From Candidatus Dojkabacteria bacterium (GTDB taxonomy: Bacteria; Patescibacteriota; Dojkabacteria; J137): 64,000 bases of DNA. The DNA lies in contig AP024679.1 of the NCBI GenBank assembly GCA_025999215.1, positions 569,924 through 633,923 of the forward strand, in the 5' to 3' direction. Shown here piece by piece: positions 1 to 9,483 of this stretch. Under the pieces are notes generated by a model. It was given only the letters and a program-made list of their open reading frames with translations, had not been told where the DNA came from and did not search any database. Positions within the stretch are counted from its first letter, which is position 1. The number at the start of each line of letters is the position of its first letter. Position numbers and translations under genes: made by a program.

Positions 1-1
1 C

Positions 2-253
2 TTTGACAAAACTTTAAGTAATGCCCTAGAAATCAAAGCAAGAAATGGAAAAGTAATTTTATTTACAGACGAGCAAATATCATTTGATTCAAAATTTATT
101 GATGATTTTTTGACGCTACCTCAGGTAAAATTTGATATGGAACCGTTTGTTTTTATTGTAATATTACAACTTTTTGCTTATTATGTAGCAAAGAAACTTG
201 GTAGAAATGTTGATAAACCAAGAAATTTAGCTAAATCAGTTACGGTTGAATAA
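2..253 (+). CDS. glmS: Glutamine--fructose-6-phosphate aminotransferase, 3' end only
   Basis: Frame 2 ends ...YYVAKKLGRNVDKPRNLAKSVTVE*, the conserved GlmS C-terminus. Confidence 0.95.
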   Translation, partial: FDKTLSNALEIKARNGKVILFTDEQISFDSKFIDDFLTLPQVKFDMEPFVFIVILQLFAYYVAKKLGRNVDKPRNLAKSVTVE

Positions 254-285
254 TTAAATAATTTTTTATTTTTTAAATTTAGAAC

Positions 286-723
286 ATGGGAATCATACAT
301 TTTATAGTTTTAGTAATTGTCTCAATGATAGTTTTTACTATAATTGATTTTGTCTGGCTTGGTGTAATTGCAAAATCTTTGTATATCAACGAAATGGGAG
401 AGTTACTTAGAACTCGTGGCGGCAATTCAATTGCTCCAAGGTTAATTCCTGTAATTTTATTTTATATTATGTACAACTGTGGTTTGGTATTTTTTGCAAT
501 CATTAAAGGCGGAATTGATTATGATAGTTATTTTTATGCGTTTTTGTTTGGGGCGTTATTTGGTTTTTTTACTTATGGAACATATGAACTTACTAATTGG
601 GCTGTACTTTCCTCATGGAGTGTGAAATTAACATTTATTGATTGGTTTTGGGGAACGTTTTTAAGTGGTACAGTTGGGCTTATAGTCTACATGATTTATG
701 TAAACATTGTATCTAAGTTTTAG
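286..723 (+). CDS. DUF2177-type small membrane protein
   Basis: IDFVWLG, YGTYELTNWA and DWFWG motifs; about 4 hydrophobic helices. Confidence 0.8.
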   Translation: MGIIHFIVLVIVSMIVFTIIDFVWLGVIAKSLYINEMGELLRTRGGNSIAPRLIPVILFYIMYNCGLVFFAIIKGGIDYDSYFYAFLFGALFGFFTYGTYELTNWAVLSSWSVKLTFIDWFWGTFLSGTVGLIVYMIYVNIVSKF

Positions 724-731
724 ATTTAGTT

Positions 732-2717
732 TTATTTGGAAGTTAAGACCCATCCATTTTTAACTGGCTGAGCTTTGTTATTTTGGATTCTGTCAATTAG
801 TTGAGAACTTGGACCGTCATTTTTAATACCAGATAGAATTTTCAAACTTTTATCCCATTCTCCATCTACGTAATATTTGTAGGCTACTTCATACTTTTCA
901 ATGTTATTTATTTTATCAAGAGCTTCTTTTTTTGTAATCAAAGAATATAACTTAACACCTTTATTTTTACCTTTCACTATAACTTTATCAATAAAACGAA
1001 AAAACAAAACATCATCAATTTTTTTGAAGTCATTAGAATTTTTTAGAATGACAAAACTATCTTTAGGTAGATTATTTATTGTATTTTCGGTAACTAAAAT
1101 TGTTTGATCGTAAAGTTTTGTTAAACTTTCGACACGAGAAGCCAAATTCACTGAATCGCCAATTACTGTATAGTCCAATTTTTCATTTGATCCAATATTT
1201 CCAACATTTGCTTCACCAGTGTTGATACCAATGCCTATTTTAAATTCAGGTAGCCACTCTGGACGAGATTTATTAAAAATTTCAATTGCTTTCACTAAAC
1301 CAACTGCTGATTTACATGCATTTAAAGCATGATTTGTGTTTTCTATTGGAGCTCCCCAAAAAGCCATAATTGCATCACCGATGTATTTGTCAATAATTCC
1401 ATTAGTTTTAATAATTTCTTTACTTGCCAAACTTAAATATCTGTTTAGTTCTTGAACTAATTTTTCAGCAGGCAAATTTTCTGTAATTGTTGTAAAACCT
1501 CTAATGTCTGAAAAAAGAATTGTTATTGTTGCTTTTTTACCTTGTAATTGAAGATTATCAATATTTTCAAGAATTTCATTGAGAACATCTTTTGAAACAT
1601 AACTTTTAAAAATATTTTTAACTTTTTGTATCTCGTTATGTTTTTTGTAAAAATTATTTACTGTTGCAAAAAAATATGAAAGAGTGATGCTTAATATTAT
1701 GTAAAATGTTGGCAAAATAAATCCTAAATCAAAAAATTTAATGCTTAAGAAAAACGAACTAAAAATTAAACTAAAGTATAAGCCTAATCCCAAATGTGGT
1801 TTTAATTTATTACCAATTGCAAAACTAACAGTACCTAAAAATAACAATAAAATTAAGCTTGCAATGAAATTCGGCGTTTTCAAAATTTTTTGTGATAAAA
1901 GTGTATCAACGATGTTTGCTTGTATTTCTACACCTGGTATTGGTTCATTTCCTATTGGAGTGAAATATTCGTCGTGTAAATTTCTGGCATTTGCACCTAT
2001 CATTACAATTCTTTCATTAAATAAATCTTTTGGGTATTTTCCATTTAAAACATCAATCATTGATAACGTTAAATAGGTTTTTCGTTTACCTGCAAAGTTG
2101 ATTAAAATTTTTTGGTTATCTGTTATTTTTGTATCATTAACAAAAACTTCTTTACAATTATTGATTTCTACTTTTTTAATTAACGAGGTAATTTTCAAAG
2201 CAAACGATAGTTCACAATTTTGGTTTTTATCTATAATTAATTGTGCTTTCCTTATTACACCGTCCACATCAGGAGGTAAATTGACAAAACCTGCTTGAGT
2301 TACTTTATGAAGTTCATCAAATGGTAAAAGTACTTCATTGTTAACTATTTCACTACTTACAACTATTGGATAGCTAGCTTTTTTTACCTCTTGTATGAAT
2401 ATTTGATCTTCTTCTACTTTAGTATCAAAAAATGAAATATCAAAAGCTACAACTTTTGGTGAGGAATTATTTAAAAATTCAAGAAGATTACCGTAATGAG
2501 TTCTTGAAAGTGGCCAACCATTTAAATTAGATATGGTTTTCTCGTCAATTGCTATAATTACTATTTCTTCGTTGGCTTTTCCATCAATAAAAAGGTAATC
2601 ATTCAATTTGACTTGCCAATTTTCGAAGATCCCAAATGAAAATATAAATAAAATTATTGATGATGCTATTACAAAAAACAATAAATTAGATTTATATTTT
2701 TTTATTTCATTAAACAT
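732..2717 (-). CDS. CHASE2-domain class III adenylate cyclase
   Basis: IVIIAIDEKT..GWPLSR, DVDGVIR and PGVEIQANIV (CHASE2); 3 TMs; FSDIRGFT, DKYIGDAIMAFW and DYTVIGDSVNLASRVE (cyclase). Confidence 0.93.
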   Translation of the reverse strand: MFNEIKKYKSNLLFFVIASSIILFIFSFGIFENWQVKLNDYLFIDGKANEEIVIIAIDEKTISNLNGWPLSRTHYGNLLEFLNNSSPKVVAFDISFFDTKVEEDQIFIQEVKKASYPIVVSSEIVNNEVLLPFDELHKVTQAGFVNLPPDVDGVIRKAQLIIDKNQNCELSFALKITSLIKKVEINNCKEVFVNDTKITDNQKILINFAGKRKTYLTLSMIDVLNGKYPKDLFNERIVMIGANARNLHDEYFTPIGNEPIPGVEIQANIVDTLLSQKILKTPNFIASLILLLFLGTVSFAIGNKLKPHLGLGLYFSLIFSSFFLSIKFFDLGFILPTFYIILSITLSYFFATVNNFYKKHNEIQKVKNIFKSYVSKDVLNEILENIDNLQLQGKKATITILFSDIRGFTTITENLPAEKLVQELNRYLSLASKEIIKTNGIIDKYIGDAIMAFWGAPIENTNHALNACKSAVGLVKAIEIFNKSRPEWLPEFKIGIGINTGEANVGNIGSNEKLDYTVIGDSVNLASRVESLTKLYDQTILVTENTINNLPKDSFVILKNSNDFKKIDDVLFFRFIDKVIVKGKNKGVKLYSLITKKEALDKINNIEKYEVAYKYYVDGEWDKSLKILSGIKNDGPSSQLIDRIQNNKAQPVKNGWVLTSK

Positions 2718-2719
2718 TT

Positions 2720-4249
2720 TTAATAAAGAGGTGAATAAACAAGAACCTCAACGCTATCGTCACTAATATACTCATTATTGTAGTATAAATATGCCTTCAC
2801 AACTAAAGTGCCAAAATATTTTGGTTCAGAAGATCCATTAACTGTGTATGTAAAACCATCGTTTGTTTTGTTTTCTATTGCATCGAAACAGTTATATTCT
2901 GTTGTAAAATCACTACCATTCCAATACAAACCATTTTTACTAATTTCAATTTTTACTTCTGTTAAATTTTCTGTGCCTTGTGGAATGTCAAAAATATTGT
3001 AACTTCCAGTAACTTCAAAATCAGTCCAGTAACTATCATCTTCTGGGAATTCAATTTCGATATTACCAGTTGGTTTCTTTGGTATTTCAAAAGTTATAAA
3101 ATTAGGATCTGAGTTAAGAAACCCCTGAGCTCGCGCAATGGCTGAAATTGTATATGTTGTATTGTACGATAGTTCTAAGTTGTTTATTTCAAAATTACCG
3201 CTACCGTCAACTTCCGTCCAGTTTAGAATGTCAGTGTTATTTTCTGATGTGCCAATTGCAAACATATAATTTTGAGCATTTTGGCTACTTAACTTTAACT
3301 TTAAACCAGTTACAGAAATATCGGAAATATTTATGTTAGGTTTATTTAATTTTTGTGGAGTTCTAACTGGATTATTAGATTGTGTTTGTTTTGGCTCTTC
3401 ATTTGGTTTGGTATCTTCTGTAGATGTGTTTTCATCAATTTCTAATTGAGCGTTTTGACAATTTATATTTTTAATTTTTCTTAAAAATTCGATTTTTCTA
3501 GAATTATCTGTAAATATATTTTCAGTATAATCAAGCCTTGTTTTCAAGCATTCGTTAAATTCATACCAATTTTTATCAAATTCTTTTGTGGTTAGTTTTT
3601 GCTTTAAACTTTCTAACTTATTTTTAAGTTTTTCATCAAAAATATCGCGCCTAAACTTAACACCTTCTCCTTGAGATAAGTCTATCTTTAAATTTGAGCG
3701 TTCGTTTTGTTTGTTTTTAAAGTAAACTGAAACACTACTCTCTTCAACAATGACACTAGTTTCATTCTCCACCTTTGTGATAAATTCAGTTCCTCTAACA
3801 GTAGCAACAACATCTTCAGTATCAACACTATAGTCATTTTGAATTCCAACCAACTTTTTGACTCTTGACCAAGTTATACCACTTTTTTGTTCTATTACAG
3901 TTATGATTGCTTCTGATGTTTTTTCTAAAGTTTTGACAGTGATTGTTGTATTTCCACCAAGAGTGATTGATGATCCATTATCAATTATTAAAACAGCTTT
4001 TGAGTTTTCTCCAGTCGTGATAGTGTCACCAATTTTTACGGGAGTTGATTCTTCTACTATAACTTCATTGTTTAAATTGGCTTGTCCATTAACCACGAAT
4101 AATTCCATTGAGTAGTTTGTGCTTACGTTGTACTCCTGTATTTTGGTTGAAGAGTTATTAAGAAAAAAATATAAAACGGCAGTTAACAAAAAAAACAGCA
4201 CGAAAGTAACAAAAAAAATTTTCTTTTTATGTTTTTTAAAAAAATTCAT
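2720..4249 (-). CDS. Membrane-anchored FecR-domain protein with FN3/Ig-like C-terminal domains
   Basis: N-terminal TM; GDTITTGENSKA..DNGSSITLGGNT and VATVRGTEF (FecR); LSYNTTYTISAIA (FN3-like); ends 2 nt upstream of the cyclase start. Confidence 0.8.
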   Translation of the reverse strand: MNFFKKHKKKIFFVTFVLFFLLTAVLYFFLNNSSTKIQEYNVSTNYSMELFVVNGQANLNNEVIVEESTPVKIGDTITTGENSKAVLIIDNGSSITLGGNTTITVKTLEKTSEAIITVIEQKSGITWSRVKKLVGIQNDYSVDTEDVVATVRGTEFITKVENETSVIVEESSVSVYFKNKQNERSNLKIDLSQGEGVKFRRDIFDEKLKNKLESLKQKLTTKEFDKNWYEFNECLKTRLDYTENIFTDNSRKIEFLRKIKNINCQNAQLEIDENTSTEDTKPNEEPKQTQSNNPVRTPQKLNKPNINISDISVTGLKLKLSSQNAQNYMFAIGTSENNTDILNWTEVDGSGNFEINNLELSYNTTYTISAIARAQGFLNSDPNFITFEIPKKPTGNIEIEFPEDDSYWTDFEVTGSYNIFDIPQGTENLTEVKIEISKNGLYWNGSDFTTEYNCFDAIENKTNDGFTYTVNGSSEPKYFGTLVVKAYLYYNNEYISDDSVEVLVYSPLY

Positions 4250-4272
4250 TTCTTAAGAAGTTTTAGCTATTA

Positions 4273-4348
4273 TGGAGCGAATGACCGGGCTCGAACCGGC
4301 AACCTTTTCCTTGGCAAGGAAACGTTCTACCAATTGAACTACATTCGC
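4273..4348 (-). tRNA. tRNA-Gly(GCC)
   Basis: Reverse complement folds as a cloverleaf with anticodon arm ttcct-tGCCa-aggaa, GGTTCGAG T-loop and encoded CCA. Confidence 0.97.
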
Positions 4349-4410
4349 ACGACTAATTTTATAATTTTAATTATTAAAAATCAACTTTTATTTTAAAATA
4401 CCAACATATT

Positions 4411-5199
4411 TTACATGTTTTCAAATGTTTTATTTTGAATAGGCTCTAAAGCTTTAAGCCTCCTAATGCCATTATCTTCTTTTTGTATTAAGTAACCGTT
4501 TTTTGTAAAATTTATTCCATTTTCATCAGTTTCTAACCATTCTTGATCTTCGAGTGGTTTAGTTTCGTCATGAACTTTAATTGATGCTCTCTTAACACCT
4601 GAAAGCTTTCCATAGTTAGGTGTAGAGTGTATGTAGTTTATTTGTTTGACTTTTCCATTTTTTCTAATTACCTCTTCTACTAGTAAAACATGATGAGCAT
4701 TTCTTTTTTGAGTTTTTAAACGAATTAAGTCACCTGGTAAAATTTCATTTAATTCAACAGATCTGGAGTTTTCTAGGTTAGTAAGATAATTTGCGCCAAT
4801 TTTTTCTACTGGTCGTAAATAAAATAAAATTTTTCCAAACAGGGTTTTTTTAATAGGCACTTTAATTTTACTCCAAATATTTCTGCCCGTTTCTAATTTA
4901 TACCAAAAGTTAATTACATGTGTTACAAATCCAGAACAATCTATACCAATGTTTCTGTCCACTAAAAAATTTCTAATTTCATCATGATTCATTAAATCAA
5001 AATTAACTCCTTTAACTTTTTCCCAAATTTTTGCCTCAATTTCTATTTCATCTGGAGAACCTTTACCTAGTAATGCTCGCAGATCTTTTTTCTTTGCAGT
5101 ATTTATAAAATATGGACAAGTTACCTTTTTATTTCCTAAATTTAACTCAAAGTAACGATTTATAAATTTTTTTACTTCTTTTGGTAATTCTTGGGTCAT
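4411..5199 (-). CDS. NlpC/P60-like (papain-fold) cysteine hydrolase, no signal peptide
   Basis: GIDCSGFV catalytic-Cys motif, then PGDLIRL...HHVLLV and YIHS. Confidence 0.65.
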   Translation of the reverse strand: MTQELPKEVKKFINRYFELNLGNKKVTCPYFINTAKKKDLRALLGKGSPDEIEIEAKIWEKVKGVNFDLMNHDEIRNFLVDRNIGIDCSGFVTHVINFWYKLETGRNIWSKIKVPIKKTLFGKILFYLRPVEKIGANYLTNLENSRSVELNEILPGDLIRLKTQKRNAHHVLLVEEVIRKNGKVKQINYIHSTPNYGKLSGVKRASIKVHDETKPLEDQEWLETDENGINFTKNGYLIQKEDNGIRRLKALEPIQNKTFENM

Positions 5200-5200
5200 T

Positions 5201-6571
5201 TTAATTATCTAACATATAATTTTCTATTTTTTGCAAAGCTTTAAGAATCCATGGTTTAACTTTAAAATTTTCTTGAACAATACTATTTTTGAACTGAAAT
5301 CTAGCAATTTCTTCAGCTATAGTTTTTTGGCTAAACTTTGGCTTGAATAAAATAACAAAACCACCATTTTGTATTTCATCAATAGAATATCCATCATTTT
5401 GAAAAACCAGCGGCATGTCCTTTTCTTCATCTAAAAAAATTATGTTTTTTTTGACATCAACAGGTTTGTTATTTTGCCAAACTAGGGCTGAATTATCACT
5501 TTGAAGTCTGTAAATACCTGACTTTAAGCTTTCCTTAACTATACAATCATTTTTTGCTCTCAAAAAAATTTGTGAGCCTTCTAGAGGTGTTAGATCGCTT
5601 GGAGCACTATAATCAAAATCTATATCTAAAAAATGAGCAATATCTAAACACATCAGAGGCAGTGTATCATGTTGTAATTCGAGTTTGGTTTGCATTGGTA
5701 GGTTTGCTGTCTGCCTAGCATTAATTTCAATTATCCAAACATCATTATTTAAAATAAAATCAACACCAAAAAGACCATAGAATCCAATTTTTCTCATAGC
5801 TTCACCTATTTTTTGAATATTTCTAATAATTTCATTTTTGTGATTTTTATAAATTTTATAGCCTAATCCCCAATCGTTTCCGACTGTTGTTGCTTCGTTA
5901 GAACATGCTTCAGGAATTCCAGTAATTTGGTATTGAACACCTGATACAAAAACTCCATTATTTGTAATGCACCCGTTTATAGTCATTGGAATTCCATCAA
6001 TAAACTCCGATATTTTAACTAGTGATCCCTTAAGATTTTTTATTTTTTCGGCAATATTGTCACTTTTATCTAATATAAGTGTACCAACTCCTGTATGCCC
6101 TTTGGGAAGTTGTATTACCATTTTTTGTGCAGGGAAACTTTTAATAGAATCAATATCTAGAGTCGTAATTTTAAATTTTGGAAATTTAACTTTGGCAGAT
6201 TCTAAAAACTTAGTGGCTTTAATTTTATCTTCAAAAATTTTAGAAAAACTTGGATTTGGGTTTAGAACTTTACATTTTTTTTGTACGAGTTTGGAGTAAA
6301 GTGTAATTTGGTGATAAAAGGTTTGCACTACATCACCTTCCTTTATTTTAGGATTTTTGGTGAGTAATTCTGTTGTATTCCTTGCATTTTCAAAAACTTG
6401 AGCACTTACAGATTGTGCAATATGATCATTTTCTTTGCATACAACTTGGTAATTATTAATTAATTTTTCAAGTCCTAATCCTCTTTCTGCTTCTTTTGAT
6501 ATGTAGTAGAAATTTTTGTTGTTAAGTTTTTTATTGATTTTTTCTATTAAGTTACGAGTTTTTTTATCCAT
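5201..6571 (-). CDS. ATP-grasp fold ligase
   Basis: FEDKI, GHTGVGT loop, SEFIDG, GLFGVDFI and IIEINARQT. Confidence 0.85.
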   Translation of the reverse strand: MDKKTRNLIEKINKKLNNKNFYYISKEAERGLGLEKLINNYQVVCKENDHIAQSVSAQVFENARNTTELLTKNPKIKEGDVVQTFYHQITLYSKLVQKKCKVLNPNPSFSKIFEDKIKATKFLESAKVKFPKFKITTLDIDSIKSFPAQKMVIQLPKGHTGVGTLILDKSDNIAEKIKNLKGSLVKISEFIDGIPMTINGCITNNGVFVSGVQYQITGIPEACSNEATTVGNDWGLGYKIYKNHKNEIIRNIQKIGEAMRKIGFYGLFGVDFILNNDVWIIEINARQTANLPMQTKLELQHDTLPLMCLDIAHFLDIDFDYSAPSDLTPLEGSQIFLRAKNDCIVKESLKSGIYRLQSDNSALVWQNNKPVDVKKNIIFLDEEKDMPLVFQNDGYSIDEIQNGGFVILFKPKFSQKTIAEEIARFQFKNSIVQENFKVKPWILKALQKIENYMLDN

Positions 6572-6572
6572 T

Positions 6573-7094
6573 TTAAACTTTGTAAATTTTTATCTTTTTG
6601 GTTTCAAAAATAGGTTTATGATGTTTAAATGAAAAAGAATTAGATATAATCAAACTCCCAGGTTTCATTTCCGAAAAAATTTTTGTTTCTAATTTTTCCA
6701 TAACTTCTGGGTAAAGATATAAATACGCAATGTCAAAATTTTCAAAACTAACTTTAAAAAAATTCTTGTTAATAAATTTTTGCCTATGTTTAAACCTTGA
6801 AAAAATTCTAAATATTTTGGAAATAAATGAGAAAAAAGGGTTAATTTCAATACCATGAGCAATAAATCCTTTGCTGCTTGCCCAGCGTACAATTCTTCCA
6901 TCTCCTGATCCTACATCAACAAAATTTTTATATTGAGTTGTATCAATGTTAAATTTTTTAATAGCTTCTTCTAAATGTTTGGGGCTTGAAGGATAAAATG
7001 GAGCACTAAATATATTACTCCAAAAATAATAAGCTAAAAATAGCAACAAAAGTAATTCACAAAAAATGACGGAAAATAAAAATAAAAAATACAT
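6573..7094 (-). CDS. Class I SAM-dependent methyltransferase with N-terminal TM (FAM173/DOT1-like)
   Basis: APFYPS, VDVGSGDGRIV, GIEINP, YLYL and KPGSLIISNSF. Confidence 0.85.
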   Translation of the reverse strand: MYFLFLFSVIFCELLLLLFLAYYFWSNIFSAPFYPSSPKHLEEAIKKFNIDTTQYKNFVDVGSGDGRIVRWASSKGFIAHGIEINPFFSFISKIFRIFSRFKHRQKFINKNFFKVSFENFDIAYLYLYPEVMEKLETKIFSEMKPGSLIISNSFSFKHHKPIFETKKIKIYKV

Positions 7095-7111
7095 AGTAAA
7101 TTATAACAAAT

Positions 7112-8020
7112 CTACATACCACTAGCGATAACTATGGAATTTTCAAGATTATGTTCAGCTGTAAATTTTATAGCTCCAGCAATACTTAACAGAGAAGTAT
7201 AAGAATATTGATTAAATTTATCTTTGAGATTTAAAAGTTCTTTATTGGTTATTACATAAGCTTTTCCATTTGTGGAGTTAATAATTTTTTGAACTTGGTA
7301 TGATCTTTTCATGCTTTTGTCAGTAATGGAATCGGCTAAACTTTGATTATTGCTAATTGGTTCAGCAGGTAGTAAAGGATGAACACTTTCAGTTTGACAA
7401 ACAACTATTTGTGGAAACAAATCATGGTTTTTAATTTTCATTGCAATACCTTGCACAGCACCGACCACACCTGCTCCAGAAGATGCAGGGAATACAATTG
7501 GAATTTTTTGGTTAATTTTATTTATAAATGCAGCTAACTCAAAGCCTAAAGACCAATAGCCAATTAGAGCATCATCGTCAAAAGATGATGAGATGGGATA
7601 AGATTGCTCACTTGATACAAGTTTGGCTCGCAATAATTTTGCTTTATTGGTCTGGTGTAATCTGTGCTTTGTGTTTTGTATTAGTGATTTTATTTTTTGT
7701 AATTTTTCTGAGTTTATTGTATTTGATACTATGATATCTAGTGTAAGCTCTGGGTATAATTTTGAATAGTGTAAAAAGCTTATCCCAGCGTTACCGCTAG
7801 TTGATAAAACTCCTCGAGTGATTCGCTTGTTTTTTAATTTTGAAATTAAGAATGCTGTCATTCTATCTTTCCATGAATTGGAAGGATTTTGATCTTCTCT
7901 TTTTACAAATAGCTTTAGTTTATTGAAAGATATTTCATCAAATGGAGTGTCACCTTCATTCAAGGTGAGATGTTCACCATCTAATTTTTTGGATATTTCT
8001 CTATATTGCCAAATACTCAT
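7112..8020 (-). CDS. Fold-type II PLP enzyme (threonine synthase-like)
   Basis: SIWQYR, TLNEGDTP, KREDQNPSNSWKDR (PLP lysine), STSGNAG and PASSGAG. Confidence 0.8.
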   Translation of the reverse strand: MSIWQYREISKKLDGEHLTLNEGDTPFDEISFNKLKLFVKREDQNPSNSWKDRMTAFLISKLKNKRITRGVLSTSGNAGISFLHYSKLYPELTLDIIVSNTINSEKLQKIKSLIQNTKHRLHQTNKAKLLRAKLVSSEQSYPISSSFDDDALIGYWSLGFELAAFINKINQKIPIVFPASSGAGVVGAVQGIAMKIKNHDLFPQIVVCQTESVHPLLPAEPISNNQSLADSITDKSMKRSYQVQKIINSTNGKAYVITNKELLNLKDKFNQYSYTSLLSIAGAIKFTAEHNLENSIVIASGM

Positions 8021-8062
8021 TAATCTGATACCATTTAATATAAATTATTAAAATATTTTAGC

Positions 8063-8320
8063 ATGAATGATTTAAATAATTCTGAAGTTGCTTTATTAAA
8101 TGATAATAAAACTGAATGTTTGGTATGTGAGAACGAGTTTGAAATTGATTTTAACAATTTGATGATTGAAGGAATTGAAAATTTAGATCAATTGAGAAAA
8201 TATTTACAAGATAAGCCCACTGCTATCATTTATTACTCTTGTCCTCATTGTTTGATGGAGTATGTATTTAAAATGGTTGGTTCAGGTCTTGGTTTGGAAT
8301 TACACGAAGAGGAAAAATAA
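8063..8320 (+). CDS. Small acidic Zn-ribbon protein, LysW-like carrier candidate
   Basis: CLVC...CPHC pair; acidic; ends LELHEEEK. Confidence 0.6.
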   Translation: MNDLNNSEVALLNDNKTECLVCENEFEIDFNNLMIEGIENLDQLRKYLQDKPTAIIYYSCPHCLMEYVFKMVGSGLGLELHEEEK

Positions 8321-8327
8321 AAAGTAC

Positions 8328-8816
8328 CTAAATTGTAGGTAGAGTTATTTCTAGTTGAAGTAGGATTACTTCTTCATTTATTATCAATACAGCTTCTATT
8401 GTGAATGTGGCAATTTGGGCTTTTGCTTCATATGTTTGTTTAATTTGAAAACTAGGTACATCTATTTTTCCATTATCATATGTGGTTATAATCATTAAAC
8501 ACTCTTGATATTCGTTTTGATCATGATCAGAAACTGATATTGTATAGACTAATTCACTTGCATTAGGTTTATTTGTTAATGTACTTTCTCCTAAAATAAA
8601 ATTGCTAAGATCTATCTCGATATAATTTATCTCAATTTTGAAGTTTTTAAACTCTAAAATTACTTTATTAAATTCATTTTCATTTTGAGACTCTGAAAAT
8701 TCAATATTGATAGAGGGTGGTGAGCAAAATCCATTTATAGAAAAGGGCTCCCATTTACTGTTTACAATTTGTAAAATTTCATAAAGCTCATTGTTTGGGT
8801 CAGGGTTTTCAAACAT
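8328..8816 (-). CDS. Hypothetical acidic protein
   Basis: 162-aa ORF filling the gap; no recognisable motif. Confidence 0.55.
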   Translation of the reverse strand: MFENPDPNNELYEILQIVNSKWEPFSINGFCSPPSINIEFSESQNENEFNKVILEFKNFKIEINYIEIDLSNFILGESTLTNKPNASELVYTISVSDHDQNEYQECLMIITTYDNGKIDVPSFQIKQTYEAKAQIATFTIEAVLIINEEVILLQLEITLPTI

Positions 8817-8874
8817 TAGGTTTTAAAACTTTATTAATTTAGGTCTGCTTTTGGCTTAATGTTTGTAAAAAATT

Positions 8875-9423
8875 TTACAACAATAAATGAGTTTCGATTA
8901 TATCATTAAAAACTTTGTCTAGAATATTTATTTCATCTTTATCAAATCTTGAAAGAACATAATCTTTGCCTGGTATATTTTTTCTTAATTCATCATTTCT
9001 ATTCTCAATACCAATTCTTAGTCTCCAAAAAGCTTTTGATTTAAGTTTATTTTCTATATCAAGTATACCATTATGGCTTTTGGGTCCTTTGCCAAAATTT
9101 AGTATAAAGTTTCCAAGCTTTATATCTAAATCATCGTGAATAATTAAAATTTGCTTGAGATCAAATTTATAAAAATTCATAAGAGATGCTACACAATCAC
9201 CAGATAAATTCATCATAGTGTTTGGTAAAGCTATATATTTATACTCCTCTCTTGTAAAAATTTGTTTGATATAGCATTTGAGTTTTGGGTTAAGTTTGAA
9301 ATTTTCGTTTCCAACCCATTTTTCAACAAATAAAAACCCAACATTGTGTCTTGTGTGAGTGTATTCAGCTCCAATATTTCCCAAAGCAATGATTAATTTT
9401 ATATTATTAAAATCAAAGACCAT
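8875..9423 (-). CDS. pth: Peptidyl-tRNA hydrolase
   Basis: LGNIGAEYTHTRHNVGF, MNLSG, IHDDLD, SHNG and RLRIGI. Confidence 0.96.
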   Translation of the reverse strand: MVFDFNNIKLIIALGNIGAEYTHTRHNVGFLFVEKWVGNENFKLNPKLKCYIKQIFTREEYKYIALPNTMMNLSGDCVASLMNFYKFDLKQILIIHDDLDIKLGNFILNFGKGPKSHNGILDIENKLKSKAFWRLRIGIENRNDELRKNIPGKDYVLSRFDKDEINILDKVFNDIIETHLLL

Positions 9424-9483
9424 AACAAATTATATCACCTTTAGTTTGCTTGAGTTAGTTTGGATAAAGTTTTAAAATGAATT

